A stretch of DNA of 64,000 bases, taken from assembly GCF_009834535.1 (NCBI RefSeq), contig NC_045696.1:62808001-62872000 (forward strand), written 5' to 3'. The notes under the pieces are model-generated. The model was not told the origin of the DNA, ran no database searches, and saw only the letters and a list, made by a program, of their open reading frames with translations. Positions 24,365-36,590 of the stretch are shown one piece after another. The DNA is from Camelus ferus. Lineage: Eukaryota. The position numbers were made by a program, and so were the translations under genes. The stretch's first letter is position 1, and each line of letters opens with the position of its first letter.

Positions 24365-24515
24365 AGCAGTGGATCTCAGCCTGGCTGTCAGCAGAATCAC
24401 CTGGTGCCCCCACACCCACTGGGATCTAATTGACTTGAGAGCCCAGACATGAGTATTTTAAAAAGTGCCAAAAATGGCCTTAATAAGCAGCCAGGGTTGG
24501 GGAATCCAGGGCTGG
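24365..24515. mobile_element. MER5-family MITE
   Basis: 'cagtggatctcagcctggctg...agaatcacctgg...gcagccagggttggggaatc'. Confidence 0.6.
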
Positions 24516-24924
24516 AGGAAAAGGGAGAAGGAACTCTGAGGTCAGTGGATGGGACTGGTTATGTTTGCTAAGTCAAGAAACTTTGTAAAGAGGAGAGTGA
24601 CTTGCCCATGGTTTTGCATATTGTTGGCAAACTGAAGTTAAGTTTCAGCTGAGCCAAGATCTATGGACCACCTTGTCTGTGCTGGCTGAGGAAGGAAAGG
24701 GGGATGAAGGGGTGATCACTCCCAGCTACCCACCAGCTGTCACGGGGAGCAGGAGAGAAGGGCCAAGTCCAAACCCAGGGCTCCTGTGAGAGAAGATGGG
24801 GGAGGCGGTGCCCAGCTCCCACCATGGTCTCCTCCCACCGAGTCTGCCTACATATGGCTGTAAATCTGGTGCACTGAGTGACTGTCTCCTTTGAACAGCC
24901 TCTCCTTGGAGGGGCATGATAGTA

Positions 24925-25180
24925 CAGTAGTTGATCACATAAGGCCTGGAAGCAAACTGCCCAGGTTAACCCAAGCTCTAGTGCTTTCTCGCTATGTGAC
25001 CCAGGGCACATTACATAACCTCTCTGTGCTTCAGTTTCCTCCTCTGTAAAATGGGGCTGATGAGTGCATATACACCACAGGGTCAGGAGGGTTAAATGAG
25101 TCAGCGCCTGCCTACAAAGTGCTGAGCACAGTGCCTGGCCCCTCACACACACACATTCAACATCAGCTCCTGTTGTTAGA
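24925..25180 (+). mobile_element. MIR SINE, near full length
   Basis: 'ctatgtgacccagggcacattacataacctctctgtgcttcagtttcctcctctgtaaaatgggg...gcacagtgcctggc'. Confidence 0.85.
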
Positions 25181-25348
25181 CCTGCAGTTTCAACACTCAC
25201 GCCTCCTGGCTGGAAGGGAGAGAAGTTTCTCTGCAAAACAACTCCATCCTACTGATGCATAAGCAGTCTATAATGCCAGGGCGGCCCACTTACCACCTTT
25301 AGCCACCTCTCTCCTCCACCCGCAGCCACCTGCTCCCAGATGCGTCTG

Positions 25349-25965
25349 TGTAACCCAGCAGGACCTACGGGGCCTTCCCAGGACAGACTCCCCCATGTCC
25401 TCCGTCTGCCTCCTGTTAATAGAAAGAGTTTAGCCTTAGGCCTTCCCCGAGTGCCAAAGAATAAATCAGAGAAACGAGAAAATTTAAAAAAACAAAGCAA
25501 AACAGTCAAGCAAGACAAAATAATAGTTTAGCCATTAAAGTCAAGGACCTTTGGTTCCTCTTCTTGGGCTACAGGTAATAGTCTGAGCTGTGTCCCTTAA
25601 GCTGTTTTGCAGAGACTGAAACTCCCACCAGGTGGAAGAAGTTAACTGTATGATCCCCACAAGCATGCAGACCTCAGACAGGTTGGAGCCAAAGGTTAAC
25701 GATGTTAACTCCCAATTACCTCCCCACCAACCAATCAGAAGGATGTCCACAAGGCGATCATACTCCCCGCAACCCTCTCCCTCACCTGTCTTTAAGCACC
25801 TTTCCCTGAACGCCATCATGGAGTTCAAGCCTTCTGAGCATTAGCTGCCTGGACTCCTTGCATGGAGTCCTGCAATAAACGCTGAATTTTCTTTCACTAC
25901 AACTGGTGTCAGTAGATTGGCTCTACTGTGGGCAGGCAAGGGGACCTAGGTTTGGTTCAGGAACA
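25349..25965 (+). mobile_element. Solo LTR, ERV1-class (617 bp)
   Basis: TGTAAC...GAACA termini, near-TSD tctg/cctg, CCAAT box 'aaccaatcag' at about 25730, AATAAA at about 25874. Confidence 0.85.
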
Positions 25966-26462
25966 CCTGGGCTTAGCTCCATCTACAACCTACAGCCACT
26001 CTACCTGTGCTCAGCTCTCACCTGGACCCAGGTCCCATTTTGTGCCTAGTTCTTGTCCGAGCCCTGGTCCATAGACTCACCTGTCACACCACCTTGAGCC
26101 TGTGTTAGGGAAGCATGCTCTTCTTAATGACCAAGGGCAGGTATATGCAGGGTGAACCTCAGCAGGAAGGAGGCACAGATTCCTATGCCTGAAGGGGAAG
26201 GAGCATGGATGAGCTGGGATGGTGATGTGTCCACCGAGTCAAGAGGTTCGCAGTGAGCAGTCTGCAGCAATGGGTGGGAGCTGGCCTCCAAAAAGGAGCA
26301 GAGAAAACCATCACAGAAGCAGGGAGTGAGAACTTTCCAACTCCCCTTGCCTCGTCTCACTCTCCCAGAGTAGCCCACCCTGGAGAGGGCAGAAACTGCG
26401 GTTAGCAAGAGGGGGAGGAAGAGCAACGCAGCAAAGAAGAGAGAGGGAGAAGCCCTCCCTCC

Positions 26463-26867
26463 CAATTGTGGGCTGAACTGTGTCCCCCCAGACTGCTGTT
26501 GAAACCCCAATCCCTGGTATCTGAGAATATGACTGTATTTGGAGGTAGGACTGTTAAAGATGTGATTAGGTTAAGGTACGGTTGTTAGGGTGAGTCGTAA
26601 TACAATGTGACTGGTGTCCTTGTGAGAAGAGGACATTTGGATGCTAAAGAGACACCAGGGGTGCAGGTGCACAGAAGAAAGACCATGTGGGGACACAGTG
26701 AGAAGGTGGCCATCTGCACGCCAGGGAGAGAGGCCTCGGCAGAAACTAAACCTGCAGACACCCTGACTTGCGAATTCCAGCATCTAGAACTGTAAGAAAG
26801 TAAATTTCTGTTATTAAGAAACCCAGTTTGGGGTGTTTTGTCAAAGCAGCCCTAGCAAACTAATATA
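26463..26867 (+). mobile_element. MLT1B-like MaLR solo LTR
   Basis: 'tgggctgaactgtgtcccccc', 'gactggtgtccttgtgagaagagg', 'ggacacagtgagaaggtggccatctgcacgccagg', end 'gcagccctagcaaactaatata'. Confidence 0.88.
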
Positions 26868-27337
26868 CATCCCCAGCTGGACACTTTTTAAGGGCTCTGT
26901 CACTTCATATCCTGTAATTTCTTTTGTGTCCTCACTAAGAATTATTTAAAATTGTCCCTGGCCCTGGGGGAGTCCTTGGAAGGAGGAGCCTCGTGCTGGG
27001 TGGGGGTGCTGCAGTTGGGGGTGCATGGCCAGCCGTCTCCCACACAGGCTCAAGGCACAGGGAGGATGGTGAGGTAGATGCTCCCCTGGGAGCATGGCTC
27101 AGACTGCCCTCTCTCTCACGGCTGCTCTGCTGAGCTGACTCCCCAAGTTAAACAGCGATGGAGTTCACAGCCAATGGTGGGCAGAGAGGGGGACTCTGCC
27201 GGGTTGCTTTCTGCACCAGGGGTCAGACCAGCCTCTGAAATTCTGCATTACTGACAGGCTTTATCACGTGGTGAGTTCAAGTAAACTCAGCAGAGTGCCA
27301 GTTGCACACTGAGCCCTCTGCTAGGCACATGCTGCTA

Positions 27338-27685
27338 GGACCTAAGTCCAGAAACCATAAAACCCCTAGTGGAAAACAAGGGCAGAACACTCTGACACAA
27401 ATCGTAGCAATATTTTTTGGGTCTGTCTCCTAAACCAAAGGAAATGAAGCCAAAAAAAAACCAAAAAACAAAAACAAATGGGACTTACATAACCTTAAAA
27501 GCTTTTGCACAGCAAAGGAAACCATTGATAAAATGAAAAGGCAACCTATTGAACGGGAGAAAATATTTGCAAATGATATGACTGGTAAGCAATGAATATC
27601 CAAATTATATAAATAGTTCATACAACTCAACATCAAAAAAGCTCCATTAAAAATGGGCAGAAGACCTGACTAGACATTTTTCCAA
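27338..27685 (+). mobile_element. L1 ORF2 C-terminal fragment
   Basis: 'aaaagcttttgcacagcaaaggaaacc' (KSFCTAKET) and 'aaaaatgggcagaagacctgactagacatt'. Confidence 0.85.
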
Positions 27686-27740
27686 TCTCCACTCCCAGTC
27701 GTCTTTCTTTGCCACGTCCCACCAAAGCTCCTTGTGTACC

Positions 27741-28240
27741 TGTGTTAGTCAGGGCTCTTTCAGTTGCAAGTGACAGAAAACCAGTTCAAACCACATAAAC
27801 AAATAGGAAGTTATCTACTAACTCCTGTAAATAGAAAGTTCTAAAGGGTGTAAGTAGCTTAAGGATTCAAGGGCTCAAGTGACAACAGCAGTAATATGGC
27901 TCTTTATTCTCTCTCCTCATAGCCTGCTTTCCTCTTTGTTGGTTTCATTCTCAGGCAGACTTTCCCTAGATCAAGGCACCCTAGACTTGAATCCAAAGGA
28001 GCCTGGTAAGATTTGGCCAAGACTCTGATTGGCTCTTCTTGGGTCCTGTGCCCGTTTCTGAACTAATCACTGTTACCCAAAAGGTGGGTATTGTGGTTGG
28101 CTGGGCCATCATCATGTGCACAGCCTTGCAGCAGGGAGGGGTTATCCACATGGGATAGGCTCTCATTTTTTAGGAAGGGTTCTGCTAGCAGGAGAAAAGA
28201 GAAGGAGAAAGGGTTCAGGGCAAACAGAACTTATAGTTGC
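27741..28240 (-). mobile_element. Old MLT1 (J/K-like) LTR
   Basis: 'tgtgttagtcagggctctttcagttgcaagtgacagaaaaccagttcaaac' and 'actctgattggct...ctgaactaatcactgt'. Confidence 0.65.
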
Positions 28241-28529
28241 CACAATCTGCTCCAGAGCTAAATAGGGCAGAACTGTTACTATCACAGACCTCTCCTTACA
28301 TGTCCCCATGACCTTCCTCTGACCTGTGCTGAAACAGAAATCATCATGAATTATGACAGCTACGATCAAACCTGCCACCATCCACAAAGGCAAGGTCAGT
28401 AAGTTCCAGGAAGTAGAACTGCTTTAGACTTTCTTTGATCTCCATGCAATACAAATAAAAGTGGATAAAACTAGAAGCAAAAATCCCTATTATTTACAAT
28501 TTAAAAAATAAACAAAACCAAATTTTGTT

Positions 28530-29965
28530 CTTCTGGTTTCTGGTCTAGCATGTAAGGAGCTTGGAAGTTGCCACTCAATCCTAACAACAAATAAAAAGCT
28601 GAAAAAACTGAAAAATCAACAACTCTTCTTAGATCTCTCAGAGAAGGGAGGTTGAAGGGCAAACCACTGCCCCCCAAGTTGAAGGGGCAGAGAATCACAA
28701 CGTAGTAGAGCAGAACCCTCTATGGGAACCAATACCAAGTTAGGAAAACTTGAACTGTAATCAATGATTGCTTGAAGGCTTAATGTGGACAAATTTGTGA
28801 GTTAGAAACTTCCACTCTGTGAAAGATACAAAAGGATGAGAAGACAAGCCATAGAGTGGGAGAAAATATTTGTCAAAATCATATCTCCCAAGGGACTGCT
28901 GTCCAAAGTATGCAAAGAACTCTTAAAACTCAATGATAAGGAAACAACTTGATTAAAAAATGGACAAAAGACCTAAACAGACATCTCAACCAAAAAGATA
29001 TTCTGATGGTAAGTAAGCATATGAAAAGATGCTCCACATCATATGCCATTAGGGAAAAGCAAATTGAAACAATGAGATCCCACTACACCTCAATTAGAAC
29101 GGCTAGACTCCAGAACACTCACAACATTACATGCTGGTGAGGATGTAGAGTATCAGGAACTCCTATTCATTGCTGGTGGGAATGCAAAATGGTACAGTCA
29201 CTTTGGAAGACAGTCTGGGGGTTTCTTACAAACCTAGCATACTCTTACCAGCATCACACTCCTCAGTATTTACTCACATAAGTTGGAAGCAGATATCTAC
29301 TGTTAATGACTAAATGTTTATATCCTCTCAAAATTTGTGTATTGAAGCCCTAATCCCCAGTGTGACAATATTTTGAGATGGGACCTTTGGGAGGTAATTA
29401 GTTTTAGATGTAGCCATGATGGTGGGGTCCTCATGATGGGATTAGTGCCCTTATAAGGAGAGACTAGATCTCCACTGGTGAGGATGTAGCAAGAAGGCAG
29501 CTATCTACAAGCCAGGAAGAGGGCTCTCACCAGAACCTGACCATGCTAGCACTCTGATCTTGAACTTCTAGCCTCCAGAACTCTGAGAAATAAATGTCTG
29601 TTGTTTAAACCACCCAGTCTATGGTATTTTGTTATAGCAGCCCTAGCTGACTAAGACATCCATACAAAAATCTGCCAACAAATCTTTATAGCAGCTTTAT
29701 TCGTAATTGCTAAAACTTGGAAGCAACCAACATGTTCTTCAGAAAGTGAATGGATAAATAAACTGTGGTACCTCCATATAACAGAATATTTTTCAGTGCT
29801 AAAAAGAAATGAGACATTAAGTTACTATAAGATATGGCTAAATCTTAAATGCATCTCAGTAAATGAAAGAAGTCAATCTGAAAAGTCTACATAACCAAAT
29901 GATTCTATATGACATTATGGAAAGAGCAAACTATGGAGACAGTAAAAATACTAGTGGTTGATTAG
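28530..29965 (+). mobile_element. L1MC-like element (5' end joined to 3' ORF2/UTR), interrupted by MLT1A
   Basis: L1MC-type 5' end 'gcatgtaaggagcttggaagttgccactc', then IKKWTKDLNRHL...KHMKRCSTS and 3' UTR 'aatgaaagaagtcaatctgaaaag'. Confidence 0.75.
29301..29658 (+). mobile_element. MLT1A-like MaLR solo LTR
   Basis: TG...CA termini, 'gatgggattagtgcccttataag', 'ccacccagtctatggtattttgttatagcag'. Degenerate 5-bp TSD tctac/tccat. Confidence 0.9.
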
Positions 29966-30099
29966 GTTAGCTAATGGTTCATCTTTTTTACCTCAAAGAA
30001 GCAGCTCTCAGATTTATTAATTTTATCATTTGCCTAATCTAAAGATTCACTAATATTTACTGTATTTATTTATTTATTCCTCAATAAGAGAGTAATATT

Positions 30100-31980
30100 C
30101 TTAGATCCAGACTAAGAGGCTTGTATGATGTTACTTTGCTCCACCCTATACAAATTATTTTGAAAATCTGGATGAAACAGATAATTTTATAAGTGAATAT
30201 AAATTCCCCAAATTTATCCCCAAATAGACAGATCATGTAAGCAGAAAAATTAATAAAGAACAGAGAGAAAATATTGTCCAACAGCTACCAAAAATATCAG
30301 GAGACTCAGGTGGCTTCACAGGAGAATTCCATGAAAATCTAAAAGGATATTTAACAATAATACTAGTTGTTATCCCAGAGCATAGGAAAATTCTTTTTAT
30401 GACACATAGCACTAATACCAAAACCCAAAACAGCATGCAAGAAAACTGCAAACCAATTTCACTTTTGATTATCAATGCAAAGAAATCCCAAAAGGATACA
30501 CTAACACATTAAAGGCATTTCAAATAAGTGATAAAAATATGAATTATTTAATAGAATTGGTACAATCATTAGCTGTCTGGAAAAATTAACTTGGATCTAC
30601 ACCTCATATTCTGCATCAAAATAAATTCCAAATGGGTCAAACATTTAATTATAAAAATATTATAGGAGACCATGAAAGGTTCTTTCTCAGTGTAACTGCA
30701 AACCCAGAATCTATAAGAAACTAATACATATAAGTACATAATTTTTTAAAAATTTCAGTATGGAAAGAAATACCATAAACAAAGCCTGACATATATTGCA
30801 AACTATACCACAAATAAAAGCCTTTTATATTTAAGAACCCCTTACAAAGCCATAAGAAAAAGACCAATAGAAAATGGGCAAAGGATATGAATAGACATGT
30901 CACAGAAGAGAAAATACAAGTAGTTTTTAAACAAATGAAAAGATGTTCAACTTCACTTATAAAAATGAAGTGAAAATTAAACTACAATGACCTACAATCT
31001 CTGCCTGTCAGACTGGAAAAGATAAGAAAGCTGGATAACTGGGGAGGTAGTGAGGGTGGGAAGGAACAGGCTCTGTCACACTCTTACTACTGGGGGTGTA
31101 AGTGGGTACAACTTTCCTGAAGAACACTAGCAACATCCTGCAAAAAATTACACAACCCTTTGATCTCACAAATCCACATTTATGAATTTTTGTTCCAGGT
31201 ATACCTGCACATGTATAAGATGACTCATGTTTGATCACAACATTTTGTCATCATAAATGGTTGTAAATGACCTAAATAATCTAAATAACTATCAGTAGGG
31301 GGTTGGTTTAATAAACTGTGGAACATCCATATGAGAAATATTATCAGGTGTTAAAAAGGCATGAAGGAAGGGTATATGAGAACTCTGCACTCTTTTCAAC
31401 CTATCTGTAAATCTGAAACTCATCTAAAAGGAAAATAATGAAGAAAACCCCACAACCTGTGGACCCCCCAGGTCAGAAGCTGTGCTGTCAAAGAAGTGAA
31501 AGAACTACTACCATCCTCAAGGAGCTTGAAATGTATATGAATAAAGTCCAATTCAATTCAAAAGACAGATGGGTAGATGGATGGATGGGATAGATAGTAC
31601 AGTTCTTTCTCACTATAGGAGAGAGACAGACAGACGGACAGATAGACATGAGGCAGCTTTATGTATCTAACATGGAACAATTGCCAATAAATGAAGTGAA
31701 AGAAGCCACATTCCAAACAACGTATACAGTAGGTTACATTGCTATGTTATTGGTAAAATAAAAAAGCAGGGGAGAAGAACATGTGTTTGCTTATAAATGC
31801 ATAGACTATTTATAAAATGGTATTTCAGAAACTGTTAAGACTGATTGCCTCTAGGAAGGGAAACTGGTTAATAGGATGCAAAGACTATTCTGTTTTACTC
31901 CAAATTGTCCTATACACTTCGTATTTAATACTTTGTCATGAATTACTTCTTCAGAATGTTTTTTTAATTAAATAATATAT
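30100..31980 (+). mobile_element. Fragmented ancient L1ME-like ORF2/3' pieces
   Basis: 'ggtggcttcacaggagaattc', 'aaaataaattccaaatgggtcaaa', 'aatagaaaatgggcaaaggatatgaatagaca'. Confidence 0.65.
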
Positions 31981-31989
31981 TTCATGGAG

Positions 31990-32950
31990 GGAAGAGTTTA
32001 CTTTAACCGGGACATTCAGGGAATGCTTCCTGGAAGAAGAGGCATCAGCTGGTTCTTGAAGGATGGTGATGATGGGCCAGAATGTCCTGGGCAAGGGGAC
32101 TGCATGAACAAAGACATGCAGGTGGGAAGCTGGAGGAAGGAACTGGGGAGAGTCACACAATAGTCTTACTGAAATGTCATCTTTAGTAAAGTGACAGCTA
32201 AGGAGGTATATCTATAGGGGTATGTTATGTGGTACAGTATGGTGCAGTGAGTCAAAATCAGGTCAAACACCATACTATTTACCAGCTCTATGACCTCGGG
32301 AGTTATTTACCTTCTGTAAAATGGACACAAAGGTAGAGCCTCTTAGGGTTTTAGGAAGACTAGATAGGTGAGGTAGGCAGAGGTTCTTAGGCCAGGTCTG
32401 GCAGCAGGAGGTGCTCAGTAAGTCTCAGCTCCCAGACGACTAGAGGGCTACTAACGCCAGGTCTATCCTGTGGGCAGTGAGAAGCCAGGGAAGGTTTTGG
32501 TCAGTGGAATGACATAACCAGAGCTGAAATTTAGGAAAAGTCACCTGGTCACCCATGCAGGGTGAGTTGCAAGGACATGAGATGGGAGTCAAAGAGACCA
32601 GAGAGGAGGCTACTGATATAGTCTAGGTGAGAGGAGAGGAAGGTCTGGCCCAGGTGGGTGCTATGACTAGGGCATGACAGATTTGGTAACAACAGAATAT
32701 GAAGAAAGGAGGAGACAGATTGAAGGAAATTTGGGGTTTTAAATTTAAGTAACTCAGAGGTTGGTGTCACCTATAAAGGGAACAGAGGTCCTAAAGAAAT
32801 GAGTAGGTTTGACAGAAAAGATGACTTTTTGGATGTGTTTTAGTGTGTGAAGGAATCCAGGTAGATATAATCAGTATGAAATTGGAAATGTGGGAAACTC
32901 CAGAAAAATGCTGAGATTAGAGAAAATACTGGGAGTGATATTAAATAAGA
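31990..32950. mobile_element. L2 fragments with an embedded MIR (about 32225-32440)
   Basis: 'cagggaatgcttcctggaagaag', 'gggcagtgagaagccagggaaggtttt' (L2) and 'ccagctctatgacctcggg...ctgtaaaatgg' (MIR). Confidence 0.6.
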
Positions 32951-33489
32951 CTTCTAGTTGAGAAAGTCCAGTTTGAATTAGTTTAGGGGAAAAGTCCATT
33001 TAGGTGTGGATCTGGGAAGTCTAAGGAATGCAGGCATGGCTTCATCCAGGGGCTTGAGCAGTGTCCTCAGGCCCCAGTAACTTATCTCTCTGCCCTCCTA
33101 TGCTTGGCTTTATTTTCTTACCACCTCTCTGTGTGCAAGATTACCATCAGAAACTCTATCAACTCCAATAGAAACTTCATTTTTTTCCCTTACAAATTTT
33201 GCAGAGAAATTCTGGGGAAGGCTACATTTGGCCTGGATTAGATCACTTTTACCACAGAAAAGGCAGAACAGCAGAGCGGTATCAAGGGAACTCCCAAGGA
33301 GGAGCAGTCATTGAGGTCAAATGCTGAGAGCAAAACTTGTAAAAAATGAATATACTTTATCTAATATATGTATATTGAACAACCAGAGAATACATATTTC
33401 TTCAAAGAAAAAAAAAGATGAAATATACATACACTGATCAATGTAAATATATTAGCTAGCTATGTATTTCTGTGTAAGAAATTACTCCC

Positions 33490-34831
33490 CATGGTGTTGG
33501 GAAAACTGGACAGCAGCATGTAAATCAATGAAGCTAGAACACTCCCTTACACTATACACAAAAATCAACTTAAAATGGATCAAAGACTTAAACATAAGAC
33601 AAGATACAATAAACCTCCTAGAAGAAAATATAGGCAAAACATTATCTGACATACATCTCAAAAATGTTCTCCTAGGACAGTCTACCCAAGCAATAGAAAT
33701 AAAAGCAAGAATAAACAAATAGGACCTAATGAAATTTATAAGCTTCTGCACAGCAAAGGAAATCATAAGTAAAACAAAACAACAACTTATGGAATGGGAG
33801 AAAATTTTTGCAAATGAAACCGACAAAGGCTTGATCTCCAGAATATATAAGCAGCTCATACGGCTTAATAAGAAAAAAACAAACAACCCAATCCAAAAAT
33901 GGGCAGAAGACCTAAACAAGCAATTCTCCAAGGGAGAAACACAAATGATCAATAGGCACATGAAAAAATGCTCAATATCACTAATTATCAGAGAAATGCA
34001 AATTAAAACTACAATGAGGTATTACCTCACACCAGTCAGAATGGCCATCATTCAAAAATCCACAAATGACAAATGCTGGAGAGGCTGTGGAGAAAGGGGA
34101 ATCCTCCTACACTGCTGGTGGGAATGCAGTTTGGTGCAGCCACTGTGGAAAACAGTATGGAGATTCCTCAAAGACTAGGAATAAACTTATCATATGTCCC
34201 AGGAACCCCGCTCCTGGGCATATATCCAGAAGGAACCCTACTTCAAAATGACACCTGCACCCCAATGTTCATAAAAGCACTATTTACAATAGCCAAGACA
34301 TCAAAACAGCCTAAATGTCCATCAACAGATGACTGGATAAAAAAGAGGTGGTATATTTATACAATGGAATACTATTCAGCCATAAAAACTGACAACATAA
34401 CGCCATTTGCAGCAACATGGATGTTCTTGGAGAATGTCATCCTAAGTGAAGTAAGCCAGAAAGAGAAAGAAAAATACCATATGAGATCGTTCATATGTGG
34501 AATCTAAAAAAAAAAAAAAAACCATAAATACAAAACAGAAACAGACTCACAGACATAGAATACAAATTTGTGGTTGCCAAGGGGTTGGGGAGTGGGAAGG
34601 GACAGACTGGGATTTCAAAATGTAGAAGAGATAAACAAGATTATATTGTATAGCACAGGGAAATATATACAAGACCTTGTGGTAGCTCACAGCAAAAAAA
34701 AAAATGTGACAATGAATATATGTATGTTCATGTATAACTGAAAAATTGTGCTCTACACTGGAATTTGACACAACATTGTAAAATGACTATAACCCAATTT
34801 TTTAAAAAGTTAAAAAAAAAAGAAAAAAGAA
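33490..34831 (+). mobile_element. Young 5'-truncated L1 (ORF2 C-terminus, 3' UTR, poly-A)
   Basis: Perfect 14-bp TSD AAGAAATTACTCCC (33476-33489, 34832-34845). ORF2 peptides [30 protein letters not shown] (C-terminal Cys-rich domain) and YTMEYYSAIK, with frameshifts. Confidence 0.96.
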
Positions 34832-35138
34832 AAGAAATTACTCCCAAGATTTAGGGGATTAAAACAAAACGTATTATCACATTTTCTGAGGGCCACTAAT
34901 CTGGGTGCAGTTTAGCTGAACCTGCTGTCTCAGAGTCACTCACAAGGCTGCAGTCAAGGTCTTGGCTGAAGCTGTGGTCTCATCCGAAGTCTTAACTAGG
35001 GAAGGATCCATTTCCAAGCTTATTCATACAGCTATTGGCGGTATTCAGTTTCTCACTGGCTGTTGGCCAGAGGCTGTCTTCATTTTTTTGCACTATGGGC
35101 CTCACAACATGTCATCTGGCTTTCATGAGTTGAGCAAA

Positions 35139-35159
35139 TGAGAGAGAGAGAGAGAGAGA
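35139..35159. repeat. (GA)n microsatellite
   Basis: gagagagagagagagagagaa. Confidence 0.85.
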
Positions 35160-36590
35160 AGGTGAGGGAGAGGGATAATGAGAGTCACAATCTTTTACAA
35201 ACTTAACTTGAAAGTGACATCACATCACTTTTCCTATTCATTAGAAGCAAGTCACTAGGCATAGTTCACACTCCAGAAGAGGGGATTATACAAGAGCATG
35301 AACACCAGGAGGCAGGGATCACTGGGAGCCAAGTCAGAAGCTGCCTACCACACTGAATCTTTAGGAAGTACACCATACACTTGAAAACGTGAAAACCCTG
35401 GAGGCCACATTTTCTAGTAACGAGGCAATATAGCTAGAAAATCAATCATTTGTAAAGTAAAACCATAAAAACAAGAAACTACATATCAAACCCAAGGGAT
35501 GCAACAGAACCTGTACTTAGAGGACATTTTATAGTATTAATTGGTAATAACATTTAACAAAAAATAATAAAAATAAATGGACCCCACCTTCAAGCTGGGA
35601 GACTAATCTTCCTCTACTCCCCAAAAGACTTGAGAGCAGCAAGAACAAATGCAGAAATCAATAAACTGGAAAACAGTAGAATTAATACACAACCCAAGTG
35701 CTCACTTTATAAAAATAATAAAATAGGCAAATCTCCAATAGAGTTAACCAAGAAAATAAGGGAAGGCTTATATCTAACATTAGACTTGGGAAAGGGAATA
35801 AAACCACATGAGCAAACAACATTGTTTTCAGGTGAAAGAGAACATTGTTCATTGTATTTGCTGACAGATTAGAAAGTCTTTGGGAAATAAACAAAGAGTA
35901 TTTATAGAAAAAGTGAAGAATCAGAAGAGCCAGGCAGATTTCAAGGAGCAGCTCCATGGGTGAGTTCTGTTGAAACTTTAAAGCTCAATTCACATGCCAT
36001 TTATCCCAGAGTTTAGAAAAATATCCCATTTAATTCTACAAAGACAGCATCACCCTGACTCCCAAATTTTGATCATCACCTCGGCTCCTTAGACAGAGTT
36101 CTCTCCTCTGACTTTCGGATTCCTCTCCCGCTCATTCTCTGAATGCAGTGACTTTCCCCAGGCTTGTGCTCCTGGGAGAGACGGACGCTGCAGTGCAGAC
36201 CCAGCAGCTCCAGGACCTGTTCCCTCTTCAGAACCTCCTGTGTCTGCCTTGGGGCTCGGGCAGGGGAATCTGGAAGGTTCAGACACGAGCTGAGGATTGC
36301 TGCTGCCTGGGGCTCATTCTCCTGCCTTCTCTAACAGGAGTGTGATTGATTGTAGCTTAGTTGGACCCTGTGGGACCTTCCAGCTCTGCTGAAGAGTTAA
36401 GAACACTACAGACAGATTCTCCACTCTGGTCAGAAAAGGCTTTTTAATATTTTTATACCTTCAAAACTTGAAAAAGTAAATTTGAGAGCTCACCAGAAAA
36501 GATATCTTTCAAATAGGCTGGAGAGATAAGTAGAGAAAAGTAAGTTTGAGGAAACAGGAAGGAAGGAAGCTAAAATAGTAAGTATTAGTA

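Larger units (their letters stand above)
33448..35352 (-). mobile_element. MLT1 (E/F/G-like) MaLR LTR split by a young L1
   Basis: 'tattagc...tgtgtaagaaattactccc|aagatttaggggattaaaacaa...ggctgcagtcaagg...ggagccaagtcagaagctgcctaccaca'. Confidence 0.75.

Noticed and set aside
23677..27596. Direct 14-mer TGGTAAGCAATGAA at 23677-23690 and 27583-27596 as a TSD
   Set aside because: The second copy is internal to a continuous L1 fragment, the interval is not one element, and a few such matches are expected by chance in 64 kb.
33462..34507. Functional L1 ORF2 or a domesticated gene
   Set aside because: 5'-truncated, split over several ORFs by a stop and a frameshift, with no EN or RT domain.
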